Notes: generated from the letters alone by a model not told the origin. A stretch of 64,000 nt of DNA from Octopus sinensis (GCF_006345805.1 NC_043006.1:37386001-37450000); one strand, 5' to 3'. Shown: positions 1 to 12,920, counted from the first letter of the stretch. Translations and numbers: made by a program.

Positions 1-158
1 GTTGACTGCAATCCAAGCAAACACCGCTTCTTCTTCACCAGAGAGGACTTGTGCCTGTCCTCGCCGGAAAAGAAAGGGGTTGTTTTCTGAATTTTCTAGG
101 AACATGTTCAGCTGCCTGATAATTTTCAGTGACATTTGTCCTTTTAATACTCTCAGAC
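1..158 (-). CDS. NTPDase/apyrase (GDA1_CD39 family) coding exon with ACR3; runs off the window edge
   Basis: The minus strand reads TTTTTCTCACAG|GT CTG AGA..., giving (G)LRVLKGQMSLKIIRQLNMFLENSENNPFLFRRGQAQVLSGEEEAVFAWIAVN. SGEEE..AW..VN is apyrase conserved region 3. Acceptor AG is at 160-159. The ENTPD paralogue cannot be assigned by eye. Confidence 0.92.
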
Positions 159-209
159 CTGTGAGAAAAATCGATGAAACAAAATAAAGATGATATAGAA
201 AAGAATAAA

Positions 210-266
<57 letters not shown>

Positions 267-290
267 GTTGTTGTTGTTGTTGTTGTTGTT

Positions 291-579
291 ATTGAGTGAG
301 AGAACAGGACGTGCCATCAAAGTGACACTGGGATAAAATATACGAAACCCAGTATACCCATCATGACTACTCGTCTGATAAGGGTACACTAGGCACATGC
401 ATCACAACCGTGTGTGCGCAACATGGTGATCTCATATCAAAATAAACAGCATATGACCTTGCAGGTAGGGCCCAGTTAGAATTTTCTTCTGGTCGAGTAA
501 CCCATCCCGCTCAAAAGGTCCCTGAATAAGGGTTGTTTAAGGATGTTGAAGGAAACACCCGTGTTTCTCAACACATGGC

Positions 580-580
<1 letters not shown>
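291..580 (-). mobile_element. 3' terminal fragment of a non-LTR retroelement with (AAT/AAC)n tail
   Basis: Non-microsatellite block ending on the minus strand in ...CTCTCACTCAAT followed by (AAC)n(AAT)n at 205-290. Clade not assigned. Confidence 0.5.
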
Positions 581-673
<93 letters not shown>

Positions 674-687
674 TATTATTATTATTA

Positions 688-755
<68 letters not shown>

Positions 756-770
756 GTTATTATTATTATT
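581..770. repeat. (ATT)n microsatellite
   Basis: Near-pure ATT run; source of the poly-I/L/Y ORFs. Confidence 0.98.
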
Positions 771-985
771 AAGGCTGTGAACTGGTAGAATTGTTAACAC
801 GCCGAGCGAAATACCTAGCGGTATTTCGGCTGCCGTAACGTTCTGAGTTCAAATTTCGCCAAGATCAACATTGCCTTTCACCGTTCCGGAGTCAACAAAT
901 TAAGTACCGGTCAAGTACTGGGTTCGATGTGATCGACTTCTCCCTCCCCACAAAATCCAGGCCTTGTGTCTATAGCAGAAAGGAT
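771..985 (+). mobile_element. tRNA-derived SINE family A, monomer with tail type 1
   Basis: Degenerate head, B-box-like GAGTTCAAATTTC, core ...TTGCCTTTCA...TAAGTACC..., tail GGCCTTGTGTCTATAGCAGAAAGG. Confidence 0.85.
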
Positions 986-1319
986 TATCATTATTATTTG
1001 TACTGTAAAAGGAGCTATCATAACAAAGGACTAGCAATGCTCAAGAGTACGTACCATTTGATCAATTACAGCTAAACGTGCTCAAACACATTTCTACCAA
1101 TAACCAGTTAGAAACCACAGAGAAAAGTGGTATAAATGGAAGTAAATACCAGTTACAATAAAACAGTAACCTAGGAAATATTTACATTAAGACCGATGGA
1201 AATATTTCCATCATATGAACTAGTCGTCTTTGCATAAATTATTTCTTCTTGGATGCTTCTTTTATACCATCAAATACGGTATGAAGCGTTGTATATGATA
1301 TGGAGGGATGGATTTTATA

Positions 1320-1739
1320 AGGCGACGAGCTGGTAGAAACGTTAGCATGCCGGGTGGTATTTCGTCTGTCGTTACGTTCTGAGTTCAAATTCCGTCGAGG
1401 TCGACTTTGCCTTTCATCCTTTCGGGGTCGATAAATTAAGTATCAGTTACGCACTGGGGTTGATGTAATCGACTTAACTAATCCGTTTGTCTGTTCTTGT
1501 TTGTCCCCTCTATGTTTAGCCCCTTGTAGGCAATAAAGAAATAAGAAACGTTAGCACGCCGGGCAAAATGCTTAGCGGTAGTTTGTCTACGTTCTTAGTT
1601 CAAATTCCGTCGAGGTCAATTTTGCCTTTCATCCTTTTGGGGTCGATAAATTAAGTACCAGTTGCGCTCTGAGGTCGATCTAATCGACTTCCCCCACCTC
1701 CCCAAAAATTTCGGGTCTTGTGTCTATAGTAGAAAAGAA
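1320..1739 (+). mobile_element. SINE family A dimer flanked by a 14-bp TSD
   Basis: Two head+core modules in series (tail 2, then tail 1). GGATGGATTTTATA at 1306-1319 and 1740-1753. Confidence 0.9.
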
Positions 1740-1929
1740 GGATGGATTTTATATACAATTAATGATGTTGTGGGCGATAGTTAATCGTTTAATCCCATCG
1801 GTCGGTTAGTACTGCACTGAAGAACTACCGATTTTTATTTTTATTTCTCTAAGTTTGCTTTAATCATCATGATGAAGGCCATGCTGAAGCACTGCCTTCA
1901 TATAATTATTCCAAAGAAGTGGAACTTCC

Positions 1930-2340
1930 ACTGACTTATCCAGAGTGGTCCAAAGGTATGATTACAAACTGATGTGAAATTCTCGTTGATTATAAACATC
2001 TTCTTAAAACTAGGTAAAAGTAGTTGTTATGGAGCCCAGCAGTACCCTATAGATTTCATCCTCTACCGTAAACTTATTTACCATAGACATATTTCGGGCC
2101 AAAATTGGCCCAGTTCATGTCTAAATTCATAGCACAACCTGATAGAATTTGTTAAGTCACTTTTAAGTTTAGTTTTGCGCTTTCACGGCCCATTCAAGAA
2201 GGAAGTTGTTGACAGACATGTACCCAGGTATAGATGGTTTGTCAAGTATCTCTTGAAGAAATTTACCCAGATATCGTTCAGTACATAAGTAAACAGAAGA
2301 ATTTACTTTGAGCGCACAATTAAACAGTGATATTATATGG
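1930..2340 (-). mobile_element. Highly degenerate Penelope-like RT remnant (tentative)
   Basis: The minus strand gives ERYLGKFLQEILDKPSIPGY and GGT ACT GCT [AT]G GGC TCC (a GTAMGS-like motif with a 2-nt deletion), followed by YLWTTLDK. Many stops. Confidence 0.35.
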
Positions 2341-4764
2341 AAAACTAGACTATAATAGGGGAAAATAAAATACAGCAACATGTTACAGGAAGCAAAAAGC
2401 AAATAATAAAATGTAGATAATACCGACATTATAATAGATTTTGGAATTTTATATTCTTGGGGTCTTTTCTTTGATGTCGATTTCCATTTCTATCAGTTCT
2501 GACCTTCCAAGCTAAAACAACTACAAATGGAATGAACTATGTTTCTTAATACTGAAATTGCTTTCGACAGAATCGTCAGAGCGTTGGACAAAATGCTCAG
2601 TATACTTTTCGGCTCTTTACGTTTTAGGCTCAATTCTTACCGAGGTGAAAATGCGAGTTGTGCATTTCTGCTTCGTTGCGTGTAGTCAGTAGCATTCACT
2701 GTATATTAGCAGTGAGCAATCTCCGCCTGCTACTGATATATTTGTGTTTTTAAACACAGTACGTCTATAAGAGATATTACCTGCGTACGAATACCGCAGC
2801 TAGCTTGCTTTTTCGAGATGTGTTTGCATTGAGTATAATATACTGTTAGCTATTTATAATAATGGCTACCCTCTACTTCCCCACAAACTGCATCTCTATG
2901 ATCCTGAGATGAATGTATTCAGGATGTATGATTGTGTGCTTGTTTACAACAACAATTGTGCTTTGTTTCTGTTTTTGTTTTATTGTTTCTGTTGTTATTG
3001 CAGTGTTTTGTCTGCTGCATCGATTGTGCCCCACGTGAACGGTGTTATTCTGCTGACTGCAGTTCACGTTTCGTATGTACTCTCTAACTGACGTGTTTTA
3101 ACGAAGGAGAGGGATTATTCTTGAGAATGAATTTTGTAGGTCGTGTTATAATATTAGGTGGCAATTGTATAGAATGTGAGCTATACGAATTGTTGGTGCT
3201 GAAGTATCGATTACATATAACTAACAAATATGCTGTGTTATTTTATTGGGTTGTGACAGTGTTGAGTATAAATCGGTGTTATTTTGTAACTTGCGGGTAA
3301 TCTTGTAATGTGTATGTTACGTTGTGTATGTTACGTTGTGTATGTTACGTTGTGGATACGTTCTGCCCCAAGTATGCCTCCGGCAGTGAGTTCTTGTTCG
3401 GGAGATACAAGATTTTGAGGAGTGTGGAACCATTTCTTTGCTACTATTGTCCCCAGGTCTATTTTGATACTAGCAACAGATTAATTAAGATGTCACAGAG
3501 TTGCTATCTGCCGGTCACTTACACCCTAACAGACCCAGGACAGACGAGGATTCTCAGCTCTTTAGCTACTCACCTAAGAGAAGATAACTCCACGTTAATC
3601 TTGCCTCCTGACAACTACTGAACATGGGGTACTTATGCGCCAGATCAATACCAGTTTGATGGATGAAAGAGTGGGACTAGCTGTGCACAAACCATACTCA
3701 CTGTAATAATAAACCCCTACTACCTTGTGAGGTAATTTATTGAGCTAAGGCTAAGGGAGCAGACTTCTGCAGAAAATCCAGAGTCGGGGACAAGGGACCT
3801 TAAGGCAGATACATACAGGTATACTTAACTAATATCTTTCATCCCCTGCAGCTCCATGGATGCTGCAAAAATATTGACATATCTTTTTAAAGTGCTAAAG
3901 GAGTAAACCTCGACAGAAAATCTAAAGGATTAGGTACTTACTTCTGGAAAGAACCCAGGAACAGCAAAAGTAGTTTAAGTTACTGTCTCTGCAATACCGT
4001 CGTCCAACGACGATACAAGGTCAAGCATTGTATGAAAACCAAACCGTTAATCGCTGACATGTGTGACTTCGTAGCATGTGCTCTATTTTCTTTAATTGCT
4101 TTAAGTGTCTATGTAAACGCAAGAAGTCATGGGCACCTTCTCGGCCCTTCTGCTGTTAACCCTGCACAATATGTAGGATGTGACAGCAGAAGGGAAAGAG
4201 AAAAGACTCCATTTGCTCACTCGGCTAGTAATAATTTCAACAGAATAGACAGCAGCAACGCGGGAACACGTGCCTTGTTCAAGGACTCAATACATTACCC
4301 GGTCCCTGAATCGAACCCACGATTTTATAGCACGCATTTTCACTGTTATATTATGAAGCAATAAGTTATGATTGGGTTGAATATGTGCAGCTATGTTGAG
4401 TGGTGGGTGACTCTATAGGTTTGTATTGTGTGTGCCATGCAGAGAGTGGACTCTGTCAGCTGGACTATCCATAAGATATGCAATGTACCTATCAGACTTA
4501 GATTTTCTTCTCTTTTTTTTTACCTAGACTTAATGTTGAGTTGTAAACCCTGCTATGGTTTCCTGGGGGTTATTATTTTGTATACGTTGTACTTTAATAA
4601 GTCTAATTACTGCTCTAATTATAATTAGGAATGTTTTTACATTTTTTCTGTTTTGATACTTTTCTTTTTTTTTTCTTTCCATACCTCACATCCTGTTTAT
4701 TTCCATTCCAAGATCTCTTGTACTTTGATAGTTCTTCAACTTCCTTCCTGTCGATATTGATAAT

Positions 4765-5109
4765 GATCATGATGATGATGATGTCGACAACGATTACGAT
4801 GATGATGATGATGAGGAGGAGGAGGAGGAGGGGAGGAGGAATAAGAAAAGATGAAGATCGTGTTGATGTTCATGATAATGGTGATGGCTTCAGCAGTGAT
4901 GAGTACGATGCGGAGTATCAAGGGAAAAATAAAACAACTTCGATGATGTCATCAATAAAATGCAAAAAGACGGTGATGAATGCAGGTGGTGGTGGTGGAA
5001 TCGGTGGTGGTGGTGGTGGCTGTAGTTGTGGTGGTGGAATCGGAAGTGGTGGTGATGCCGGCGGCAGTAGTCGTGGTAGTGGTAGTAGTAGTCGTAGTGG
5101 TGGTGGTTG

Positions 5110-5140
<31 letters not shown>

Positions 5141-5200
5141 GGTGAAGGAAATGGTGGCGGTGGTGATGGTGGCGGTGTGGGAGGGAGAAGGGAGAGATAA
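4765..5200. repeat. Compound (GAT)n/(GAG)n/(GGT)n low-complexity tract
   Basis: Trinucleotide runs inside the NTPDase intron. Confidence 0.9.
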
Positions 5201-5243
5201 ATGAAAAAAGCAAAAAACAAAAAAATAAACCAGACTCACATAC

Positions 5244-5586
5244 CAGCTGTGGCCATGAAATATATCGGAGTTATTTTGTGGAGATCTTTTGGCACGAGTT
5301 CCATCGACTCGTGAATCATGGGCCGAATATAGGATGCTATAGCTGTGAGGTTGTCACTGTATTCGCTGATACCCGGGGTATGACGAGACACACTGATCTG
5401 AGTGAAGTGTGGTATGTCGTCTCGTGAACTGGGTGTCTGCCATTTGTATACCCTGAGTTTAGTACTTGTGGAGCCCCCGTCCATGAAAACGCTGTATTTG
5501 TAGTCGAGTGGTGTTGCACTGCTAGTGCAACACCTGACGAATAGGCACATAAAGGTGACGAAGATAAGCGTGTGTAGTTGTGTGTG
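5244..5586 (-). CDS. NTPDase/apyrase coding exon with hydrophobic N-terminal segment, ACR1 and ACR2
   Basis: HTQLHTLIFVTFMCLFVRCCTSSATPLDYKYSVFMDGGSTSTKLRVYKW...TPIYFMATA(G). DGGSTST is ACR1 and ATAG is ACR2. Acceptor TTTTCTATTTCCAG at 5588-5587 is phase 0; the 5' boundary is less certain than the 3' boundary. Confidence 0.92.
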
Positions 5587-5814
5587 CTGGAAATAGAAAA
5601 CATAAAAGAGTGGGGTGAGCACATGGGAGTATAGAGAAAGGAACATGGAACATACGTAGGAAGATAAGGGGTCGTGTAGAAATGTTGAGAGAAAAAACAG
5701 AGAGAGAGGGGGAATAGAGAGAGAGAGAGAGGTGGAGTAGTTAGAGTCGATGAAAGAGAGGGAGAGAAAGAGGGAGAGAGAACACGAATGGTTTAATAGA
5801 TAAGGGTGGTACCG

Positions 5815-6012
5815 AAGATGAAGAAAATGAAGATGATGATGATAATGAGGAGGAGGAGGAGGAGGAGAGGAGGAGGAAGGAGGGAGGGAGGAGGAGGAAG
5901 AGGAGGAGGAGAAAGGAGGCGGAGGGAGGAGGAGGAAGGAGGGGGAATGAAGAAGAAGAAGAAGAAGAAGAAGAAGAAGAAGAAGAAGAAGAAGAAGAAG
6001 AAGAAGAAGAGG
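5815..6012. repeat. (GAG)n/(GAA)n purine tract
   Basis: Trinucleotide runs. Confidence 0.95.
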
Positions 6013-6075
6013 ACGAATAGAAAGAAAACAACAACACAAATCAGAAAACGAAAACAAACTGCAAAAGCGATAAAC

Positions 6076-6099
6076 CGAGAAACACGTGTCTGACGCCAT
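6076..6099 (-). CDS. Candidate first coding exon of the NTPDase (MASDTCFS)
   Basis: Strong start context AGAAAATGGCG, in frame with the 5586 exon. The only phase-0 donor nearby is weak (TCG|GTTTAT at 6075). Confidence 0.3.
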
Positions 6100-7039
6100 T
6101 TTCTAAATTTGAAAGAAAAGAAAAGAAAAAAAAAGGTTACAGTTTAACGTTGGACTCAACAACTTCAGCAACATTATAAAGTACGTGTTTTGTTAGAAAA
6201 GTCAAGTGGTTCAAATAAAAGAACAGAACTATTAGTTCCTTGTATTCATGAAGCTAAGCATCTTTTGTGTAAATAAAATCGTTCTTGATTTTCGACCTGC
6301 TTCAGTGAAAGAACATTTGTTTCGAAGTGAATAGTTTCACAAAATAGAATAAAATAAAATAAAATGAAAAATAAGAATTAATGTTAACAGCAAAAAAGTT
6401 TTCACGAGAAGAATAGCTATTAGCGTGTCTTCCCTTTTTTGCAATATGGATTCTGCATGAGGCTATAATTAAAATGTGCGGAGATGTTTAAGCTATTTTT
6501 TTTTGTAGTCCCACAAGTGTCAGGAAGGAGATGGGAAGCTAAAGGGATTTTTTAAATAATTTTGAGATAAACGTTCTTCATTAGCTTTCATATAATAATT
6601 TAAAATATATTCAAACATCCGGTGTTTGAGTGTCAGCTGAAAGAGTAGAAAGGCAAAACTCGGAGTACGGACATTTTAAAGTCGATCAGGACGTAAAGAT
6701 AGGATACACTGCTTTCATGTGTTGAGCTATCGTTTCTTGGTAAATCAACAGAATTTTGAATATACAGACGTGGGTGTAGGCGAAGGCGTGGTTGCATGGA
6801 AAGAAGTTTGCTTCCCAACCACGTGGCTGATACCTTATGCAAGTATCTTCTACGATAGCCTCGGGCCGACTACTAAAGCCCTGTGAGTGGATTTGGTTGG
6901 TGGAAACTGAAAGAAAACCCTCTTTAAGATATATATAAATATATATATATAATGAGAGAGAGAGAAAACTTACTTGGAAGATGATGCGTGGCGTTTAATC
7001 ATATAATAATATAAATAATATATATATATATATATATAT

Positions 7040-7405
7040 ACTAGCAGTATCGCCCGGCGTTGCTCAGGTTTGTAAGGGAAAAAACTATAAAGCATTTTTA
7101 GAGAGTTTATATCAAACAATAGAAAAAAAATGGAAAAAAATGATGGTAAATTTTTTTTTAGTTAAAAAAGGTGGAGTTGCGTCCCCTAGACAGTTTGCGG
7201 TTTGTGTTCTGATTCTCGACCCATGTCGAATTTATCGATTTTTTTCAGAACTGGGGGATTTTTCAAAATTTCGCTGCGTTAGTTTTGAATTATGACATTG
7301 GGCTATGTGTGTGTCAAGTTTCATCAGAATCGGTTGAAAGCCGTGGTCAGGGTGAGGGTACAAGCAAACAGACACACAGAAACACGCACAGACAAACTGC
7401 CGTTT
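7040..7405 (+). mobile_element. Non-autonomous Helitron/Helentron-like element (Lep1-type architecture)
   Basis: Starts ACTAGCAGTATCGCCCGGCGTTGCTC after (TA)n. Ends ...AAGTTTCATCAGAATCGGTTGAAAG...(ACAG/AC)-rich...CTGCCGTTT into (TA)n. The resemblance is recalled from known Helitron-type elements. Confidence 0.55.
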
Positions 7406-7415
7406 ATATATATAT

Positions 7416-7446
<31 letters not shown>

Positions 7447-8221
7447 GCATATATACATACGTATATGTACATACTTACATCTATACGTGTATATATATAT
7501 ATATATGGCATATATGGGCACAGGACATTACGAAACGTGTACAACAAAAATGTACGAAGCACAAGTATATGGAATATGAACTATTCTTTCGAACAACGAA
7601 AAACACACATGGAAAACAAAACAAACAACATAAAGAACGACCCTTCATCAGTTGTTGGCTGTTTTTCAAGTCTCGTATTTCGAGCAGTTAAGAACAATAT
7701 ACGCTTTCGATAAAACAGTGGCTCCCGCAAAGCAAATTGAATAAAATTTAGGATTTTGCGGAGGGTGAAAATAGATAACACAAACAGGACAGTGAAAACA
7801 AACAGAAAGGGCTGCTAAGCCTATGTTTCAAATGTTTGATTCACCCGACGAAAGTAGTTTTTTTTTAATGATGTAACTATTCTATTCATCACTAAAAGAA
7901 AACACGTCTGAAACAGCTGTAGGGATCCACAATCCATCCGCCGTTATTTGTTTATCATTCACCGACCACGGAACCCGCAATTCGCTTGGATCTAGAGTCT
8001 ACTGAGTGCAGTTCAATGGGTGCAGTGTTCGTATCCATGTGCGACCTTGAGGACTCGTTGCATATTCAGTTGGCTATTTGTGATTGTACGCGCGCGCGCT
8101 CACACACACAATTACACATACACACACTCACACACTCTCACATACACTATCATTCACATACACACGCACACAAACATACACTTACACACGCATACAGACA
8201 CACACAATCAGACAGATACAG

Positions 8222-8253
<32 letters not shown>

Positions 8254-8321
8254 ACACACATTGACTCGAAACGCTAAAGACATCTTCGATTTTCTCTGAT
8301 CGTGTCTCCTTTGTGTATGTA

Positions 8322-9566
8322 TTGGTTTGGCAACTAAGTTACCGCCGTTTATTTAAATTTTGGAATTTATTGCGATTTTAAATTTTGGAATCTAATTTTT
8401 TCGAGAATTCTATTTTTGAATCATTTTGGAATCTATTTTTTTTTTCTAGTTAATTTTAGTTAATATTTGTTTATTTTCAGGAGCATTTTCAACACCTCCT
8501 TCTTTTTGCTTTTAATCAAGGTTCTAAGGCCGCAAAAGCTGCTCGTGACATTTGTGCTGTGTATGGAGAAGGTGCCATAGCTGAAAGAACCGCTCGTGAA
8601 AGGTATGTCAAGTTCAAAAATGGAAATTTTGACCTTAAAGACGCACCTCGTTCTGGCCGTCCAATTGAGTTCGATGAAGAGCGATTAAACCAACTTTTGC
8701 ACGAAAATTCTCGTCAAACGACAAGAGAACTGGCAGAGAAAATGGAATGCTCCCACACTGCTATAGAGAAGCATCTTCACTCGATGGGAAAGGTTCAGAA
8801 TTATGGAACATGGGTTCCGCATGCTTTAAGTGACAACAACAAAAATCAACGCGCCACAATCTCCCCTGGTTTGCTTGCTCGTCACCACTCAACTCATGGA
8901 CACAAGCAACGATATCTTTACCGAATCGTTACTAGCGACGAAAAATGGTGCCTGTTCATCAATATGAAGCAGCGTAAGGAATGGCTTAGCCCCGGTTAAC
9001 AAGCGACACCGCGCGTGAAACAAGATCTTCATCCGCGTAAAACTATGTTGTGCGTACGGTGGGACTGGGAAGGGATTGTCCATTACGAATTGCTTGAACG
9101 GAACCAAACGGTCAACGCGGAACTCCATGTTCAACAGATTGAACAACTCAACACGGCTATTCAAGAGAAAAAGCCTAATCGGCAGCATGGAGTTCTTCTG
9201 CTGCACGACAACGCCCGCCCTCATATCGCCAATATGACCAAGGAATCCATTCAAACGCATGGCTGGGAAGTTCTGTCACACCCGTCGTGCTCTCCTGATG
9301 TGGCACCAACGGATATCCACCTCTCTTGATCTCTTTCAAATGCTATGCGTGGAGTTTCGTTCAATACTGATGCAGAATTGAGAGCATGGTTGGATCAATT
9401 TTTCGAGTCGAAATCGAGTGATTTCTACCAACGAGGTATTGAAAATCTTGTTGAACGTTGGGAAGAGGTTGTAAACAACAAGGGTGAATATATGATCAAT
9501 TAATTAGTTGTTATTTTTTATTAAACTTCTTTAAAATTAAATTTTTTTTAAACGGCGAGAACTTAG
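8322..9566 (+). mobile_element. Near full-length mariner (DD34D) transposon; transposase inactivated by two stops
   Basis: One frame from EHFQHLLLFAF (8482) through WVPHAL, TSDEKW, HDNARPH and SPDVAPTD to TAA at 9501-9503. Premature stops at 8997-8999 and 9327-9329. Left TIR TA|TTGGTTTGGCAACTAAGTTACCGCCGTTT; the right TIR (AAACGGCGAGAACTTAG) lacks its outer part. Confidence 0.95.
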
Positions 9567-9889
9567 TATGTGTGTGCATATATGTATGCATGTATGTCTG
9601 TGTGCGTATGTATGTATATACATGAGTGTGTATGAATATATGTATGTGTGTATGTAAATATGTATATGTGCGTATGTATGTGTGTGCATGTGTGTATATG
9701 TATGTATGATGTATGTGTGTGTGTGTGTGTGTGAGTGTGTGTGTGGTGTGTGTATGCAACTGACATCATAGCACTGTTCCGCTTGACAGGATAGCATGGC
9801 GATTGTAAAAAAAACATTGTTTTATCGCAAGCACAATACTGGCAATGGGAAAAGTTGCAGATTTTTTAAATCTTTATTTTATTTTATTT

Positions 9890-10290
9890 TTTGGATGGGT
9901 TGCTACAGATGCATTCTTCTGTGAGCAAGGGGGAGAGATTATAAATGTGTTTTGAATGAGCGGTGTTCGTGGATACCCCAAAAGATAAGGTGAAATGTAA
10001 TTAAGTGTTGTCTGGTCCGCTCTGTGACTGTGCTAAGATGCGGTAGTTATTGAAAAGAACAAACAAAGAATATGTTTGTTTTCGTGATTATGGTATTAAA
10101 AGTTTAATTATGATTGACGGCTCGGCGTGAAGGGACATGGGCGGTTGTCAGTTGTGGAAATCACGAGGAAGATAACAGTCAGGGAAGGGGTCTTGTTAGG
10201 GTAGATTATTAGATAAGTATGGGGAAGTGGTTGTCTGGAAAAAAAAACTGGTCGATGCCTTTGTAAGTAGGGCAATTATAGACATACAGA
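9890..10290 (-). mobile_element. Degenerate LINE endonuclease-like remnant (tentative)
   Basis: The minus strand gives PDCYLPRDFHN, resembling the APE 'GDFN' motif. Otherwise broken. Confidence 0.3.
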
Positions 10291-10351
10291 CTGACGAGCT
10301 CGCATACACAGCGCTACACGTATACATATGTATACATCCACACACTGCACT

Positions 10352-10610
10352 GTTCCGAAGGTCCCAGCTGTCCCGTCTAGAGTAAGGACCGTGTACTGCA
10401 ATAGCTTGGGAGTCAAGGGCACACGGCTATTTAACGCCTTTCGAAAACAACTCAGGGATCTTCATTGAATAGGATTAGGTGTTTTCAAGAAACAACTTGA
10501 CCTCTTACTATTCACGGTTCCAGATGAATCTATACTAAGGCAGGAAACTCGAAAGAGGGTAGTCGTATGAAACTTCTCCCTTCGCCAAAAACCAATCACA
10601 TAAGATTGGC
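10352..10610 (+). mobile_element. CR1/L2-group LINE ORF2 C-terminal fragment
   Basis: RVRTVYCNSLGVKGTRLFNAFRKQLRDLH*...FKKQLDLLLFTVPDE, typical of the 'RLFN.LP...FK..LD' ORF2 end. Confidence 0.7.
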
Positions 10611-10930
10611 TATTGAAAAGGTGATTACACTGTCAGGGCTCCAGCATGACCACAACCTTAAAGCTGAAAAGTATAAACGAATAAAGAATAAAAGAATATA
10701 TATATATATATATTCTTTTATTCTTTATTCGTTTATACTTTATATATATATATATATAGTTATGGTATATTCTGTTACGAATGTAGTAGAGGACAGTATA
10801 GAAATCGTCCACCTTCAGATTACCCTCTTCTATCCAGTAGTAATATTATACATACGTCCAGGTTTGCATTTGGACATCAGTCCAGTGTGAATAGATAATT
10901 GAAAAAATTGGAGTCAGAAAGAGAAGAGTA

Positions 10931-11461
10931 CGACTGGACATTTATTTTTTAATCGCTACAATTTTTTCCACGCAACGTAGCTCTCGAGGCGTGCAGGTAC
11001 TTGATTATGCAACCACTTCCCTGCATTATGAGATTTAGTTGTGTTCACTCAGATGATATTTAAATATTGTCAGTGTAAGTTCAAAATCTTCGGCTTGAAG
11101 ACCATCTTCTCTGTCTGCCATGGCCAGAATTTAGTAGTAGTCACTGAGTTTATAAGGGTGTTGTTGCTAAAGGACCGTTGGCAAACTACATCTACACATT
11201 CAAAGCAGTTTGCCAACGGCCCTTCAGCAACAACTCACCCTGATAAATCCAGTGACTATTACTAAATTTAGGCGATAGACGGAGAGGATGTTTTTGAAGC
11301 CGAGAATTTGAACTTACGGAGACAATATTTACATGTCACCTAAGGAAACACAACTAGATCTCATAATGCAGGGAAGCCATTACATAATCAAGTATCTGCA
11401 CGCCTCGAGAACTACATTGCGTGGAAACAATTGTAGTGATTAAAAAGTAAATGTCCAACCG
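10931..11461. mobile_element. Tc1/mariner-type MITE with ~115-bp TIRs and TA TSD
   Basis: The left arm CGACTGGACATTT...CTCGAGGCGTGCAGGTACTTGATTATG...CCCTGCATTATGAGAT...GTTGTGTT is the reverse complement of 11345-11461. TA at 10929-10930 and 11462-11463. Confidence 0.85.
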
Positions 11462-11489
11462 TACTCCTTGCTGACTCTAATTTTTTCAA

Positions 11490-11539
<50 letters not shown>

Positions 11540-11547
11540 ATATATAT

Positions 11548-11583
<36 letters not shown>

Positions 11584-11720
11584 CAAACATAAATTAAAAA
11601 CAGAACACAAAGGATATCGCGGTACACGATTTGTGTTTGATATATTCTCTCACCTCTGCCACTATCTGGCATATTCAGGTGCTTACACTTATCAAGTATT
11701 CACTCTAAATTTTACAGTAC

Positions 11721-11764
<44 letters not shown>

Positions 11765-12858
11765 ATATATAATATATATATATATAATATTTACATATAC
11801 GTATACATACAATTACGTATGTGTGTATGTGGATGTATATATGTACACATCACGGCATCACGCTATTAACCAGACTATCGAATGTTGTTATACATCGAAA
11901 TACCCCTAAGCATTTCGCCCGGCGTGCTAACGATTCTGCCAGCTCGCCGCACTAAATGAATATAATGATGATGATGATGATGGTGATGATCATGGTCATG
12001 GCTGACAACAATATTATTAAAAGCAATAATATATAAAATATGTAAAACTTAGAAGATGGTTTGCTTACCGACATTGACTGAGAGAAGTGGCGACGCCGAG
12101 ACATCCATGAATCTTTCAAAGGCATACACAGCCTGAAAAATTAGAATGTAGCCATGTACATGCTCATCAATATATAGTATATATGCAACATATAATGTTA
12201 TGTAATATAGTATAATATATATATATGTAAACATATCCTACGCACACATATGCATACATGTATAGTGACAGACACAGGACCAGCATTAATTTAACATCAT
12301 ACATACACACACGCACATACACACACACCACACACGCTCACATACCAAATTTCAATGGCTGAGGATTGGCATCACGCCTTGAAACTCGAAGTACCAAAGA
12401 ATTTGAATGAAACTGCTTTGATCTATATATATATATATAAAGCTACAACTATTTAACCTCCCTTCACGAAATTAACATATCCTGTGATTAAATTACACAC
12501 ACACAAGCAAAACACTTCATTCCACATTTCTTTAGTCCAATCAGCTGTAAACGGGTCTCCCTGTGAGAGAGTAGGCTTCCAGTCAGGGGGAATGTTGGCC
12601 TGCCCACCTAGCCAGCAGGGTGTCATCGTTCGAAAGTTAAAACAATGCGAAGTGTATTGTGACCAGTGATGCCCGATTGTCTGGTCGATACCGTGATACA
12701 CAAATATCTGTCTGTCTGTCTATCAGTCTGTCTGTCAGTCAGTCTATCTTTCTATCTATCTATAGATAGATAGATAGATACGCACACAAATATATGCAGC
12801 ACACACACGTGTATATGTGCATGATGGACACACACACACGCGCGCATATTTCTATCTA

Positions 12859-12920
<62 letters not shown>

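Larger units (their letters stand above)
159..5243 (-). other. Phase-1 GT-AG intron of the NTPDase gene (5085 bp)
   Basis: Donor GCTG|GTATGT at 5243 and acceptor CACAG| at 159. Splicing rebuilds ATAG-LR (ACR2) in frame. Confidence 0.87.

Noticed and set aside
3310-4364. ORFs of 103 and 110 aa in the NTPDase intron
   Set aside because: No recognisable motif. This is probably decayed retroelement sequence, but I could not assign it.
7500-7700. CTGATGA (minus strand, ~7645) and GAAACGTG (~7530) as ribozyme parts
   Set aside because: They lie on opposite strands, and neither has its partner motif at a workable distance.
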